Shown here: positions 38,190 through 50,611 of the stretch, piece after piece
Numbering within the stretch: position 1 is the first letter of the stretch
How the letters are laid out: each line of letters starts with the position of its first letter
NCBI RefSeq assembly: GCF_030028105.1
Contig: NC_092370.1
Coordinates: forward strand, 139,849,522-139,913,521
DNA length: 64,000 nucleotides
Direction of reading: 5' to 3'
DNA from: Mobula birostris
Taxonomy: Eukaryota
Position numbers and translations under genes: made by a program
The notes under the pieces: model-generated
Databases searched by the model: none
What the model saw: the letters and a program-made list of their open reading frames with translations, nothing else
What the model was told of the DNA's origin: nothing

Positions 38190-40466
38190 CACTGTCTAAA
38201 CTCTCTCCAAAGTTTTGCTGACACATCCAGGTGAGTGCACAGGGAGATAGCGTACTCGACCACTGCTACTCTCGCTTCCGCAACACTTACAAAGTGCTCC
38301 TTCACCTCCCTCCCATTTGGAAAATCAGACCACTCCTCCATTTTTCTGCTGCCAAAGTACAGGCAGAAGCTGAAACATGAGGTGGCCATAGTTAAAACCA
38401 TCCACTGTTGGTCCGACCAATCAGCCCCCTCCATGCTATTGGATTGCTTTGATGATGTCGACTGGAATGTCTTCCATGATGAGGATATCTCCGAGTTCAC
38501 GGATGGGGTCATGAGTTTCATCCAGAAGTGCATCGAGGATGTTGTCCCCCAGAAATTGGTCAGGGTCTACCCAAACCAGAAACCTTGGATCAACAGATCC
38601 ATGCAAGCAGCACTCACTGCGCAACACAGAGTTTACATTGCCGGTAACCAACAAGAAGACAATAAATGCAGCTATGATCTGCGTAGTCATCAAGGCAGGG
38701 AAACAACAACGCAGGGACAAGATCCAGACTCAACTCTCCACGAACAACACATGCAGTTTATGGCAAGGTCTGTACACCATCGCAGACTTCAAAGCTAAAC
38801 ACAGTAGTGTTTCCAACATCGTTGCCCCCTCCCAGATGAACTAAATCTTTTTTACGCTCGATTCAACGTTGCCCACACTGAGCCCCTGAGAAGACCTGAA
38901 GATGATGTGACTGCCAGTTTGGTCATCTCTGAGGCCAAAGTACGCAGGTGCTTCCAACGGGAGGACAGTTGCAAGGCCGTGGGACCAGACGGCAGGCGAG
39001 TACTCAGGATGTGCGCGGCACAACTGACTGGCGTGTTTACTGACATTTTTAATCTCTCCCTCTCCCAGTGTAGAGTGTCCTCCTGCTTCTAAACATCCAC
39101 CACCGTTCAGGTACCTAAAAAGACCAAGGTAACCTGCCTGAACGACTGGCGTCCTGTCGCACTCACCTCAATAATAAGCAAATGCTTTGAGTGACTGGTA
39201 AAGGACTGCATCTGCAGCTTGCTACCACCCACACTGGACCCCCTACAATTCGCCTAGTGACACAACCAATTGACAGATGATGCAATAGCCACAGCTCTAC
39301 ACACCGCCCTTACACATCCAGAGAAGAGGTATGTTTATGTGAGAATACTGTTCTTAGACTACAGTTCAGCATTCAACACCATAATTCCTTCCAGGCTCCA
39401 CAAGAAGTTCAGAAACCTCGGCCTTCACCCTGCCTTACGCAGCTGGATCCTGGACTTCCTGTCAGATCACCGGCAGGTGGTAAGAGTGGGCTCCCTCAAC
39501 TCTTCCCCTCTGACCCTCAACACAGGTGTCCCTCAGGGCTGTGTACCAAGCCCCCTCCTTTACTCTCTGTATACCCATGACTGTATCACCACCCACAGCT
39601 CCAATATGCTAATTAAATTTACTGATGACACTACACTGATTGGTCTAATATCAAATAATAATGGGGCAGATTACAGAGAGGAAGTCATCACCCTGACACA
39701 GTGGTGTCAATAAAACAACCTCTCCCTCAATGTCGCAAAAGCAAAAAACAAATGTCGCAAAGGTTGTGGCTACAGGAGGAATGGAGACAGGCTAGCCCCT
39801 ATTGACATCAATGGATCTGGGGTTGAGAGGGTGAACAGCTTTACATTCCTCGGCATAAACATTACCAAGGATCTCACGTGGGCTGCACATACCGGCTGTG
39901 TGGTGAAAAAGGCACAACAGCGCCTCTTTTACCTCAGACAGTTAAAGAAGTTTGGTGTGGGTCCCCAAATCCTAAGGACTTTCTACAGGGACACAATTGA
40001 GAGCATCCTGACCGGCTGCATCACTGCCTGGTACGGGAACTTTACCTCCCTCAATCACAGGACTCTGCAGAGAGTGGTGCGGACAGCCCAGCGCATCTGT
40101 AGTTGTGAACTTCCCACTATTCAGAACATTTGAAAAGACAGGTGTGTAAAAGGGGCCCGAAGGATCATTGGGGACCCAAGTCACCCCAACCACAAACTGT
40201 TCCAACTGCTACCATCCAGGGAACAGTACCGCAGCATAAAATCCAGGACCAACAGACTCCGGGACAGCTTCTTTCACCAGGGCATCAGACTGATTGATTC
40301 ATGTGGATACAACTATATTTCTATGTAATATTGACTGTCCTGTTGTACATACTATTTATTTATAAATTACTATTAATTGCATATTGCACATTTAGGTGGA
40401 GATGTAACGTAAAGATTTTTACTCCTCTTGTATGTGAAGGATGTAAGTAATAAAGTCAATTCAATT
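38190..40466 (+). mobile_element. Rex1/Babar-like LINE, long copy (endonuclease C-terminus, RT, 3' UTR)
   Basis: FGKSDHSSIFLLPKYRQKLK, FLDYSSAFNTI, TGVPQGCV, KFTDDTTLIGLI and KKAQQRLFYLR; AATAAA plus TCAATTCAATT tail; stops and frameshifts present. Confidence 0.92.
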
Positions 40467-42254
40467 GACATTCCAATGGTGTGAATGTCATCAGATTTCC
40501 CCACCATCAACATCCTGGGGATTCCCATTGACCAGAATCTTAACTGGAGCAGCCATACAAACACAATAGCGAAAAGAGCAGGACAGAGGCTGGATGTCCT
40601 GTAGATAATTCATCTCCTGACTAAAGCGTAACCAACAATATAAGGCACAAATCAGTAGTTTAATCAAACGCTTTCTACTTACCTGGGTAACTACACCTGG
40701 AACATTATTCAAGCAACTCCGTATCATCCAAGACTAAAACGGCCTACTTGATTGGAATGCTAGCCATCACCATAAACAGTCATTTTCCCACCAACCACCA
40801 CTCACTCATAAATAGCAACCGTGACCCTTGTGGTGCCCTGCAAATGGCAAGGAAAACACAATTTGTTTAGTTTGATTTGGGGATGGTGGAGTAGGAGTGG
40901 AGCTGTAGGATAGAAATCTTCTCTCTGGCCCCATCAAGCAATGAACCAGAACCAGGAGAGCATAGCAATTTTGTTTCATATTATGAAAATATCAGCCCCT
41001 TGTCTTAAGTAATCTCATTCCCACCAGAAATGGGCCCAATCCCTGCTTGAATATACATCCACTGCAAGCCTGCAGGCTGATCAACTCCTCCACCCATTAA
41101 GCACCTCAACACACTCTCCGCCATCACTACCTTATCATTTCCTGTCAAAGTCACCTATGTACAGATCCTCCTGTACATAACATCACTTTATGAAAATAAT
41201 CAGTCTATGTATTGTATGAAAGCTACTCTTGAGTATTTATATTTATTGTATTTTTTACTGTGTTCTTTATGCCTACTGTAACCAGGTGACTGTTGAATTT
41301 TTTATTATTAAAGTGCACTTACATATTCACCTTGATAATGATAAAATAGCTGCCTGTCTCTTTAAGAGAAAGACATTTTACGTGGGTCGATTAGAACGAA
41401 GGGTTGTAATGTTCTTTCTTCATTGTTTCATGACCGAATGTGAATGTAATGGAGGAATGTGATGTGTTACTCTCTGTTCACGTGGTGTGAGCGAAGAGAA
41501 CTGGTTTCAAGATCTAGCCTATATATGTTTGGAAGTTAAGCACGTGTGTGCAAATGTGAGTATATCATTTAGTTAAGATGAGATTAATTTATTCTTTTTT
41601 TTGATGATGTGTATAAGGTACAGGGTTGGTGGTATTCTAGTGTTGTTGGTATTGCTTTTTTTAGAATTGCCACTACTGTTTTGGTTTTGTATATTTTGTT
41701 TTAGTTATTTTCATACTACATACACAACTAGGGTGTGGTCTGAGATTGTAACAGCGGAAACTGTGTATTTTAAATACATTTCATCATTTTTATTTTCATA
41801 CCCTATTTCTGCAATGAAACATCTAATACAGATAAAGGAATTAAAGGCCTGGAACAGTATTTGTTGTCCTGCGTGTGTAGTTTTCCCCAAGCTACAAAAT
41901 TACTGGGCTTTATTGTTTATTTTTCATACCAAATTGTATCTAGAGTACCAATCGTTTTGTTCTCCATAACACTTGTGTATTAATGAATGACAATAACCAG
42001 TCTTGAGCATCATCCTTGTTCCATAACTTTGGTGTTTGCTGCAAAATACAGAGGCATTGGTATAGCATCGAACCTAGTTTTACCCTTGTATTGTCAGTAA
42101 TTGTGTAAGGTTTAGGCATAGTCTGAGCATCCGTTGTCAGTGCTGTGAACAAATGCAGTCCAGAGGGCTTCCCAAGCACTGATTAAGAAAAAATATTCAT
42201 TACCACAATACAAAATACATATTAGAAGGCAAATAATCAAATTTAACATTATCA

Positions 42255-43250
42255 AAGTTAAAAGTACATTTATTATCGAAGTATGTATAGCATCTATTAT
42301 ATCGCCTTGAGATTCATCTCCTTGCAGGTAACTACGAAACAAAGAAACTCAGTAGAACCCATAAGGAAGAAAAGACTGGCAAACAATGTTCAAAAAGAAG
42401 AAGAAATCATGAAAACAATAGAACATTTGCAAATAACATTCAGAAGTAAAGTTCACGAAATTGAGCTTACAGCCACAAAGCCAGTCAGAGCTGACCCGGG
42501 AGCCCATCCATTGTAGTCGCAGCCTTAGTTCAGTGCAGAAGTAAGTAAACCTTGCCAAGCAGCGAGCTGAACGTGGCCCATCCCTAAACTTGATAATTTC
42601 AGAAATTTAAATGAGGAACTCTGACCCTATAGCTTTATAAACCATCGACCTTGCAGACATCTAATGACAGAAGCGAAGAAGCTGTTCCTAAATCATTGAG
42701 TGTGGGTCTTCTGGATCCTGCTCCTTCTCCCTGATGGTTGTACCGTGAAAGCGTGGCCTGCATGGTGAGGTTCCTCGGTGATGGGTGCTGCCTTCTTAAG
42801 GCATTATCTTTTGATGTTCTTGATGGTGAAGGGAGTTATGCTGTGATAGAGCAGGCTGAGTCTAAACCCTGTGCACATTGGAGGATCCATATTAGGCTGT
42901 GATGCAACCACCCAGAAGGCATTCCACCATACATCTATAGAAATTTGTAAGCGTGTTCAAAGTAAATTTATTACCGAAGTACGTTTATGTCACCATACAC
43001 TACCATGAGATTCGTTTCCTTGCAGACAATAAAAAAATGGAATTTCTGAAAAACTAAAAATAACAAAGACTGACAAACAATGAAAAGAAGATAAATTGCT
43101 TAAATAATAAAAAAGTAAATATGTGATACTGAATTGTAGAGTCCTTGGAAGAATATCAATAGGTTGTAGAGTCAGTTCAAGGTTGAGGTGAGTGAAGATA
43201 TCCATGTCTTTGACATACCAAATCTACCGAAACTCCAAGCAACGTTAGAG
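42255..43250 (-). mobile_element. Cluster of Rex1-derived non-autonomous fragments
   Basis: Repeated AAAGTA(A/C)ATTTATTA(T/C)C tails at ~42262 and ~42960; similar to 10505-10900 and 55382-55890. Confidence 0.6.
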
Positions 43251-43679
43251 CCTTATACTGATGGAAGAGACAATTTCATTTTATTTTCTTTTACCAGAGA
43301 TAAGCAGATGGTGTGATTGCAAAGGTCTGCACAGATTGCAGCCATCTCCATGGCAGAGGATGCCCTTGACTGCATTCAAGCTGCTTCACTAGAACCTGCT
43401 GTGAACTCTCCTATTTTAATGAAACAAGAGGGAATCAACTTCCTCAGTGTGCGGCAGATGTTCAACCACAGGCAACACATTATCCAGGTGAATGCCCATT
43501 GTTGTGGAAAAAGAAGTATTTCCTTCCTTTTGTACCAGTGGTTTGTGCTACTTACGTTTAACTCTTAGTAAATCAAAGACTAGATATGAGCAACAATCCC
43601 ATCCCTGGTCCTCACTGGGGCTTTTCCCTCATGATGAATTTACAGTATATTACTTAGAGATGCACCACAGTAACAGGCT

Positions 43680-44165
43680 GCTCAAACTCAACTGTGAACT
43701 AATTCCACAACCTATCGATTTTATTTCAAGGACCCTATAACTTCATGTTCTCGGTGTTATTTACTTATTTGTTTGACTATTTAATTATCATTTGTCTTTT
43801 TGTGTTTGTGCAGATTGTCTTTTGCAGGTTGGGTGTTTGTCAATCTTTTTGTGTGGAGCTTTTCATTGATTCTGTTGTATTTCTTTGATTTTCTTGCAGG
43901 CATTCACAGTAAAACAATCTCAGGGTAGTATATGGTGACATATACATATGTACTTTGATAATAAATTTAATTTGAACTTTGAAATTTGAACAAGCCAATT
44001 ACACCCATGTGACTAGTTAACCTACTTACCTGTATGCCTTTGGAATAAGGGAGGAAACTGTAGCACCCAGAGAATGTTCCCAACTCCTTACACACAGCAG
44101 CAGGGATTGAACCTGGGTTACTGGTGCAGTAATGGTGTTACGCTAGCCAGTGTGCTACTGTGCCC
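43680..44165. mobile_element. Rex1-derived tail (+, ~43680-43990) followed by a V-SINE (-, ~43995-44165)
   Basis: Tail ATAATAAATTTAATTTGAACTTTGA; GGGAGGAAACTGTAGCACCCAGAG and GGGATTGAACC. Confidence 0.6.
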
Positions 44166-44409
44166 CCCTCCCCCATATACGGCAATTAGCTGACACGTTG
44201 CAGCATTTCCAAAGAAATTCCCTTGTTCTGTCATCATAACATGGACAGCCCCTCCACCTCTACCTGTCCACTCTCTGACTACATTCTAAAATGTGTAGGT
44301 GGACAACCCTCCCAATATCAATGTTTCTAAAGTGGAGCCAGTGGTGAATTCAAACAGCACCCTACTATTCGCATCTTAGATTCCTAGGAGGGTCTTGGAG
44401 ATAGGAATG

Positions 44410-45060
44410 CTATGCAGGACCATATACTGACCACAAAAAGCATTACCATTGGATTCCTGTAAAAACTCTATTTCATGTCCAATTCCTCCATCTCCATCGT
44501 AATTGCTCTGAAGACAGGGTTTTCCACTTAGATGTTTCTGGCATGTCTTCCATTTTCCTGAATCAGAGCTTTCTCTCATTTATTTCCTGCACCCGGCCCC
44601 TCTCTTCCTGGACAGGATAAGGATCAGTTTCGCCAGGGTCTCACCATCCCCTTCAGCAGACTCTGAATTGAATGTATCAGCTTCCACAATACCTGCCCGT
44701 TTCCAAATGCTTTCACCTACACAAACATCTTTGACCACCACCCCCATCCTTTCAGCATTTGATAAGGATGCTTGCCTTAATGACTCCATGATCAGCACTT
44801 CCATCCCCACCAACCTCACTGGTACGCAGCACTTATCCTCGCATCTCATTATTTCCCACCATCTAGAACCCAAGATAAATCCATATGTTCCATTCTACCA
44901 CCTATCATTTTCATTCTCCATCCTACACCCATAAGTCTGTGGCCATCTACGCTCTTATGATTAGATCTTATGGTAACCTTAAGGAAAATTTCTTCTTCTG
45001 TCTGCAGCCTTCTGTAGTCAATGCTGAATTCTGCAACCTTAAGCAATTTGGTGTCTCAAT
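44410..45060 (+). mobile_element. Old Penelope fragment
   Basis: Degenerate similarity to 880-1020 and 1900-2070. Confidence 0.5.
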
Positions 45061-45114
45061 CTGTATCAGAACTGTCTGTTTCCATTCTAAAGATTAAGGA
45101 ATAAAGGTTAAAGA

Positions 45115-45410
45115 TTGAAGAGTAAAGATTAGCTTCATTTGTCACATGCACATCAAAACACAGAGTGAAATGTGTCATCTGTGTCAGCAAGGATTGTGCT
45201 TAGTAGCTCACTGCTACATATTCAACGTCAACATAGCGTGCCCATAGCTCACTAACCCTAACCGTACGGTTTGGAATGTGGGAGGAAACTGGAGATCCGA
45301 GGCAGTCATGCGGAGAATGTACGGACTCTTTAAAGTGGCAGCAATTCAATCTCAGTGTGACAGCTGGCACTGTAAAGCATTACCCTAACCACTGCACTAC
45401 CATGTCACTC
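45115..45410 (-). mobile_element. V-SINE
   Basis: Matches 9628-9920. Confidence 0.7.
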
Positions 45411-45894
45411 TAAGACATCTGATTTGGCTCAGACTTTCTCTCTTTGGTAACACATCCCACAACCCTGTTATTCACAATACCCATTACATATTCCACATTA
45501 TCACCCACTGATTGCTCAGTTCATCCATTTGACAAGAGGACTTAAACAAATTACCCTGATGGCAAATTTGGCCTCAACGAAATACAGATGATCTTTTTAT
45601 CCTATCTATCCCCTCACTTTTTTTGAATCGGGATTAGATATTGGCAGGCAAGTACTCATGTCAGGCACAAAAGTCCATCTTTAAACTGTTGAAAATTGTG
45701 GGCATCCTTTGTTAGTGCCAGAACATGTGATACTTGTGGGCTACCTCCAGCTCATCATTAGGTTGTGTTGGTTGTTAATATAAACAACACAATTTTCACT
45801 GTATGTTTTGATGTACGTGTGATAAATAAATGATTCTGAATCTGAAAGTGCACCAGTGGCATTAAAAGCTGGAAAATATGGTATTTTCTTCTGT

Positions 45895-46210
45895 TATAGA
45901 GTCATATTAAAGTGCAGCACAGAAACAGACCCTTTGGCCCATCTAGTCCATGTTGAAACCATTTAAGTTGCCTATTCCCATCAACCTGCACAGGGACCAT
46001 AGCCCTCTATACAGCTGTAATCCATGTACCTGTATAAATTTATCTTAAAAGTTGAAATCGAGCTTGCATGCACTGCTTGTCTTGGCTGCTCCTTCCACAC
46101 TCTCACAACCTTCTGTGTGAAGAAGCTTCCCCTCATGTTCTCCTTAAATGTTTCACCTTATACCCTTAACCTGTGACCTCTAGTTGTAGTCCGACCCAAC
46201 CCCAGTGAGA
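45895..46210 (-). mobile_element. CR1 3' end
   Basis: Matches 31490-31780. Confidence 0.7.
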
Positions 46211-47229
46211 AGTACATACAATTAGATGGAAATGTCTATCAGGAAAGAACCAGACCAGCTAAACAATTTAGTCTGTCCTTACACAAGCCAGGATGCCTAT
46301 ATGGGTAAATGTATTTCTCCTTACATTGCTTATTAGCTAGTGTAACCTGTGGGGATAAGCATTCATGAATAAGGAGTCCATTACCTTCTGCCTTATTCTC
46401 AGTTTCTCCATATAACTGACCTTGTGAAGGACAAGTATATATAAATACAACACAGATTTGTGCTCTGTCCTCCTGTGCAAACACTTCCAGAAAAATTGCG
46501 CCAGAGAGTCAGTGGAATAATGGATCCATCAATCTGTTATCTCTGGATCATGTTTAAATCCATTTGCAAAAAGTGACCCCATTGGTTTTCATAAAGGACT
46601 CGTATGGAAGTGTTCAATCTGCAGTCTATTAAGCAGAACTCCTCAGTTTAAAAAACAACCAAACATAAAGACTATTTTAGCAAATCTTGTGCAAAAATCC
46701 ATAATGATGGCTGGTGTAGGAAATCTAATTATTATATCACGGTAGAAGATTGTTTTTCCAGATTGGTGTCAAAGTAAATTGTTAATGCAGCTTCGCAGAA
46801 TTTTATTTCAATTAATCAGTTCTAAACCTTGAGGTAAAAATGTTAACTGGCAAGTGGCTCAGTGCAGGAATTTGGGCCAACAGAAAACCTTACCATCTTC
46901 AGAACCAGGTTACATTTGAGATAATCACATTTTAAAGTGCAGAGAAGGGGGAAAGGGGCAGAAAAAACAGTGGGACCATCTGTGTTAAGGAGGAAGATGG
47001 GGCAGATTTGACAATGCCCTGAAGTGGTTGTGCATCAGCCCCTGTTCCCAAGGTGTAGGTGCTGGCAAGTGTGGTGACACTTTTGAGCTAGTCACATCAC
47101 ATCCTTCAAGGAGCAGAGCAGTGTAATCAGCAGGCTCAAATGTGCACTCTTATTCCTTCCCGATCACTGCGGTTATGTTAAATCTGATTCTGAAGTAGCT
47201 GCACTTGTTGTTGGGGGATAAAGAAGGTT

Positions 47230-48130
47230 TTTTCAATGCTTGTCTTTATTAATCAAGGAAATGAGTTCATGAATCAAGAAGTTTATATTTCAGCTTTATA
47301 AAACTGGTTAGGCCGTATCCAGAGTATTACATTTATTTTTGGATCTCCCCATTACAGGAAGCACGTGGAGGCTTTGTAGATGATACAGAAGAGGATGCAG
47401 CCTAGATTAGTGGCACGTACTATATGGAGAGATTCGACAAACTTGGGTTGTCTTCTCTGGAGTGTCGGACGCTGAGAGGAGACCTGATAGAAGTTTATAA
47501 AATTTTGAGAGGCATGGATAGAGTAGGCATCTGTTAATATTTTGCCCAGAGTCAAAATGTCTATTATCAGAGAGCACAAGTTTAAGGTGAAAAGGAGGAA
47601 GTTCATGGAAGATGTGTAGGATGATGTTTTTATACAGGGAGTGGTGGATGCCTAGAATGTGCTGCCAGTGGTCATGGTGGTAATGACGTTGAAGGCACTT
47701 AAAGACACCAGACTGGCACATGTGGTAAATGGGATGTCCGGGGGGGGGGGGGGGGGGATAGCACCTCTGGTGAATGAGCTTGCAATGTCCATACAAGGGC
47801 AGCTCATTCATCCGTGGTTCCCACCGGACACTCAGCTCTCACCTGTGGCTCCAAGTAGTTGTTTGCATGAAACACTAGTCACACCCCAGTACACCCATAC
47901 TGTTTTTTTAAATCTCCATATCAAAGAAATAATATACTTGCATTGGAGACAATGCAGAAAAAAAATGTTTAGGTTGTTACCTGGGCTGGAGGGGTTGACC
48001 TTTGATGAAAATTTGAGTGATTAGTCTCCTGTTCATTGGAGTGTCAAATAATAAGAGGAAATTTTATTATGATAAACAAGACTCTAGGAGATATGAACAA
48101 AATCGATTCTGGAGATGTTTTCTCCAAATG
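47230..48130 (+). mobile_element. CR1 3' fragments with an intervening G-run-initiated insert (~47740-47900)
   Basis: LRGDLIEVYKILRGMDRV at ~47475-47525. Confidence 0.65.
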
Positions 48131-49339
48131 TGGATGAAGTGCCTCGCCTGAAATATCAACCTTTTATTCCTCACTGTAGTTGCTGCCGGACCTGTTAAGT
48201 TCCTCCAGCATTTTGTGCATGTTACTCTGGATGTCCAGCATCTTGTGTTTGTGAAATGAAATGTTTTGTGTTTTGCATGCAACTGGGTTCCACAGTAACA
48301 TCAATCCAATGATTCCTCAGTGCCCTGTTATAAATTAATTCCAAAACTGCCTGGAAAACAATGGGATGACAATTTCATAACACATTGAACACAGATGAAA
48401 TCTTCCTCCATTGTACACCAATTTAAGAGTGAAAAATTAATTAGTAGCTGAAAACATCAATGTTTTGTAAACTGCCTGAAGCATGGTACTGTTGGATTTG
48501 TATAATAAGTCCTCTCGGGAAGGTAACCACAAAAGGAAAGAATTTCAAAATTTTTGTTTGAAAGGAGAGGATCAAGCACATGAAAGCTTTATCATCAAAG
48601 AACTACTTTCATATTTAGCTGTCTCACTGAGACTAATTGATATTCTTCACTTGTAAGCATCTACGTTTTTGATCTATAGCCCTTGGATAATGGAATATCT
48701 GATTCCAGGTTTAGAATTCTACAGCGATAGCCCCATCCAAGCTCACTGCACATGTATTATTGATGGGGGAAGCTGTGAATCAGTGGGTATCATAAACCTT
48801 TGTGTTGCTTTTAAGTTACACACATCAGTGATGTCAACCCATCCAGCATGACATTCCTGCACAGGATTTGAGAAGTGCTGCTTCGTTGGAGGTGCCATAT
48901 AACAAATAACTTATTAAATCAACATCATGTGTGCCCCTCAACTATATAACGACACTAATGCACTATTTCAGGCAGGGCTTAAGATGTGCCTTATGTGTCA
49001 CATGTACTTTGAAACACATGGCTTGCATCAAATCAAATCAGCGAGGATTATGCTGGGCTGCCCACAAGTGTTACCATGTTTCCGATGCCAACATGACATG
49101 CTAGAAACTCACGAACCCTAACTACTCCTTTGGAATGTGGGAGGAAACTGGAACACTTGGAGGAAACACACGTGGTCATGGGAAAATGTATTTATGTTCT
49201 CCTTACAGGCAGAAACAGGATCCCGATCGGTGAAAGCTGGCATTGTAAAGTAGTCCATATGAAGGGTCTTGGCCTAAAATGTCATCTGTTTATTCCTTTT
49301 CATTAATGCTGCCTGACCTGCTGACTTGCTCTCGCATTT

Positions 49340-49822
49340 TAGCATGATTCCGGGAATGAGAGGGTTAACATATGAGAAACATTTGTCCGCTCTTGTACTG
49401 TATTCCTTGGAGTTTAGAAGAATGAGGGAAGACCTCACAGAAACATTTCGAATGTTGAAAGGCATAGACAGAGTGGATGTGGCAAAGTTGTTTCCCATGA
49501 TGGGGGAGTCTAGTACAAGAGGGCATGACTTAAGGATTGAAGGGCGCCCATTCAGAACAGAAATGTGAAGAAATTTTTTTAGTCAGAGGGTGGTGAATCT
49601 ATGGAATTTGTTGCCACAGGCAGCAGTGGAGGCTAAGTCATTGGGTGTATTTAAGGCAGAGATTGATAGGTATCTGAGTAGCCAGGGCATCAAAGGTTAT
49701 GGTGAGAAGGCGAGGGAGTGGGACCAAATGGGAGAATGGATCAGCTCATGATAAAATGGCGGAGCAGACTCAATGGGCCGAATGGCCGACTTCTGCTCCT
49801 TTGTCTTATGGTCTTATGGTCT
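49340..49822 (+). mobile_element. Young CR1 3' end
   Basis: MIPGMRGLTYE...REDLTETFRMLKG; intact (TCTTATGG)n tail; CpGs retained. Confidence 0.9.
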
Positions 49823-49848
49823 TTATATGTGTTACTCGGTGAAACAAT

Positions 49849-50611
49849 TGTAATGGGCTGAGTTGGTCAGACCCAAACAATTCAGGTGTCCACGAGATGT
49901 GGTAGTAAGTGTACAAGCACAACAAAGTAACTTAAGGCTAATTTATTGTCATAAAACAGAAAGTACAAATAAACAACACAGAATGCCACAAAAATTTCCA
50001 CAGATATTTCAGGGCTCTCAATTCTTAGTCACCACTTGATTGTCGCTGTTGTCCGGGAATCTCTGATTTCTGACTCGCTCATGAAGCCACCTCTGGGTCC
50101 AAGGCACTGGTTGTGAAGTCCAACAAACCCAGGGAAGGTCCCCCAGTAAATATGAATATCATAAGCACAGAGGGACATGCAGAGACAGATAAATTCTTTG
50201 ATCTTTTGTTCTCATGCCTTTCTTTCATTCAAACAATACATGGGCTCATTAACATATTGGTCACCATACTCTTATAAATCAATTAGACACTCTAATGGGT
50301 CACTTCTTATCCATCAATCTGCCACTGGTTTGGACCTAACATTCTTACATACAAAACAACATTAATATTGCATAAGTGATAAGCCTGAACCCAAAAAGGA
50401 ATCCATCAATTTAGCTCTCAAAGGGAACAACAGATATTTAGTCATTAACAGACTTTTTCATGTTAATGATGCCTGAGACTAAGAAAGAATCCAGCTGCAG
50501 ACATTAATAGAACAACAGTATATACCTTGTACAGACACACTAAATGCTGTAAGGTTACAAAGAGTTAAATTGTCATTTTGAACAGTTCAGACATTCATTC
50601 AACGTTTTACA
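49849..50611 (-). mobile_element. Probable solo LTR
   Basis: TGTAA...TTACA termini; flanks CAAT/AAAT (3 of 4 match); AATAAA on the minus strand at ~49943. Confidence 0.45.

Larger units (their letters stand above)
36260..40800 (+). mobile_element. Old LINE (CR1/L2-like) in pieces (~36260-36812, 37227-37370, 37780-38030, 40467-40800) hosting nested elements
   Basis: Degenerate RT-like segments (DDTVT at ~38015; PTINILGIPIDQNLNWSSH at ~40500). Confidence 0.5.

Noticed and set aside
41465-41753. TGTTAC...GTAACA-bounded segment as a solo LTR
   Set aside because: No TSD (GATG versus GCGG) and no similarity to the Gmr1 LTR.
41601-41969. Hydrophobic 122-aa ORF resembling a membrane protein
   Set aside because: Explained by T-rich low-complexity DNA; no recognisable motif.
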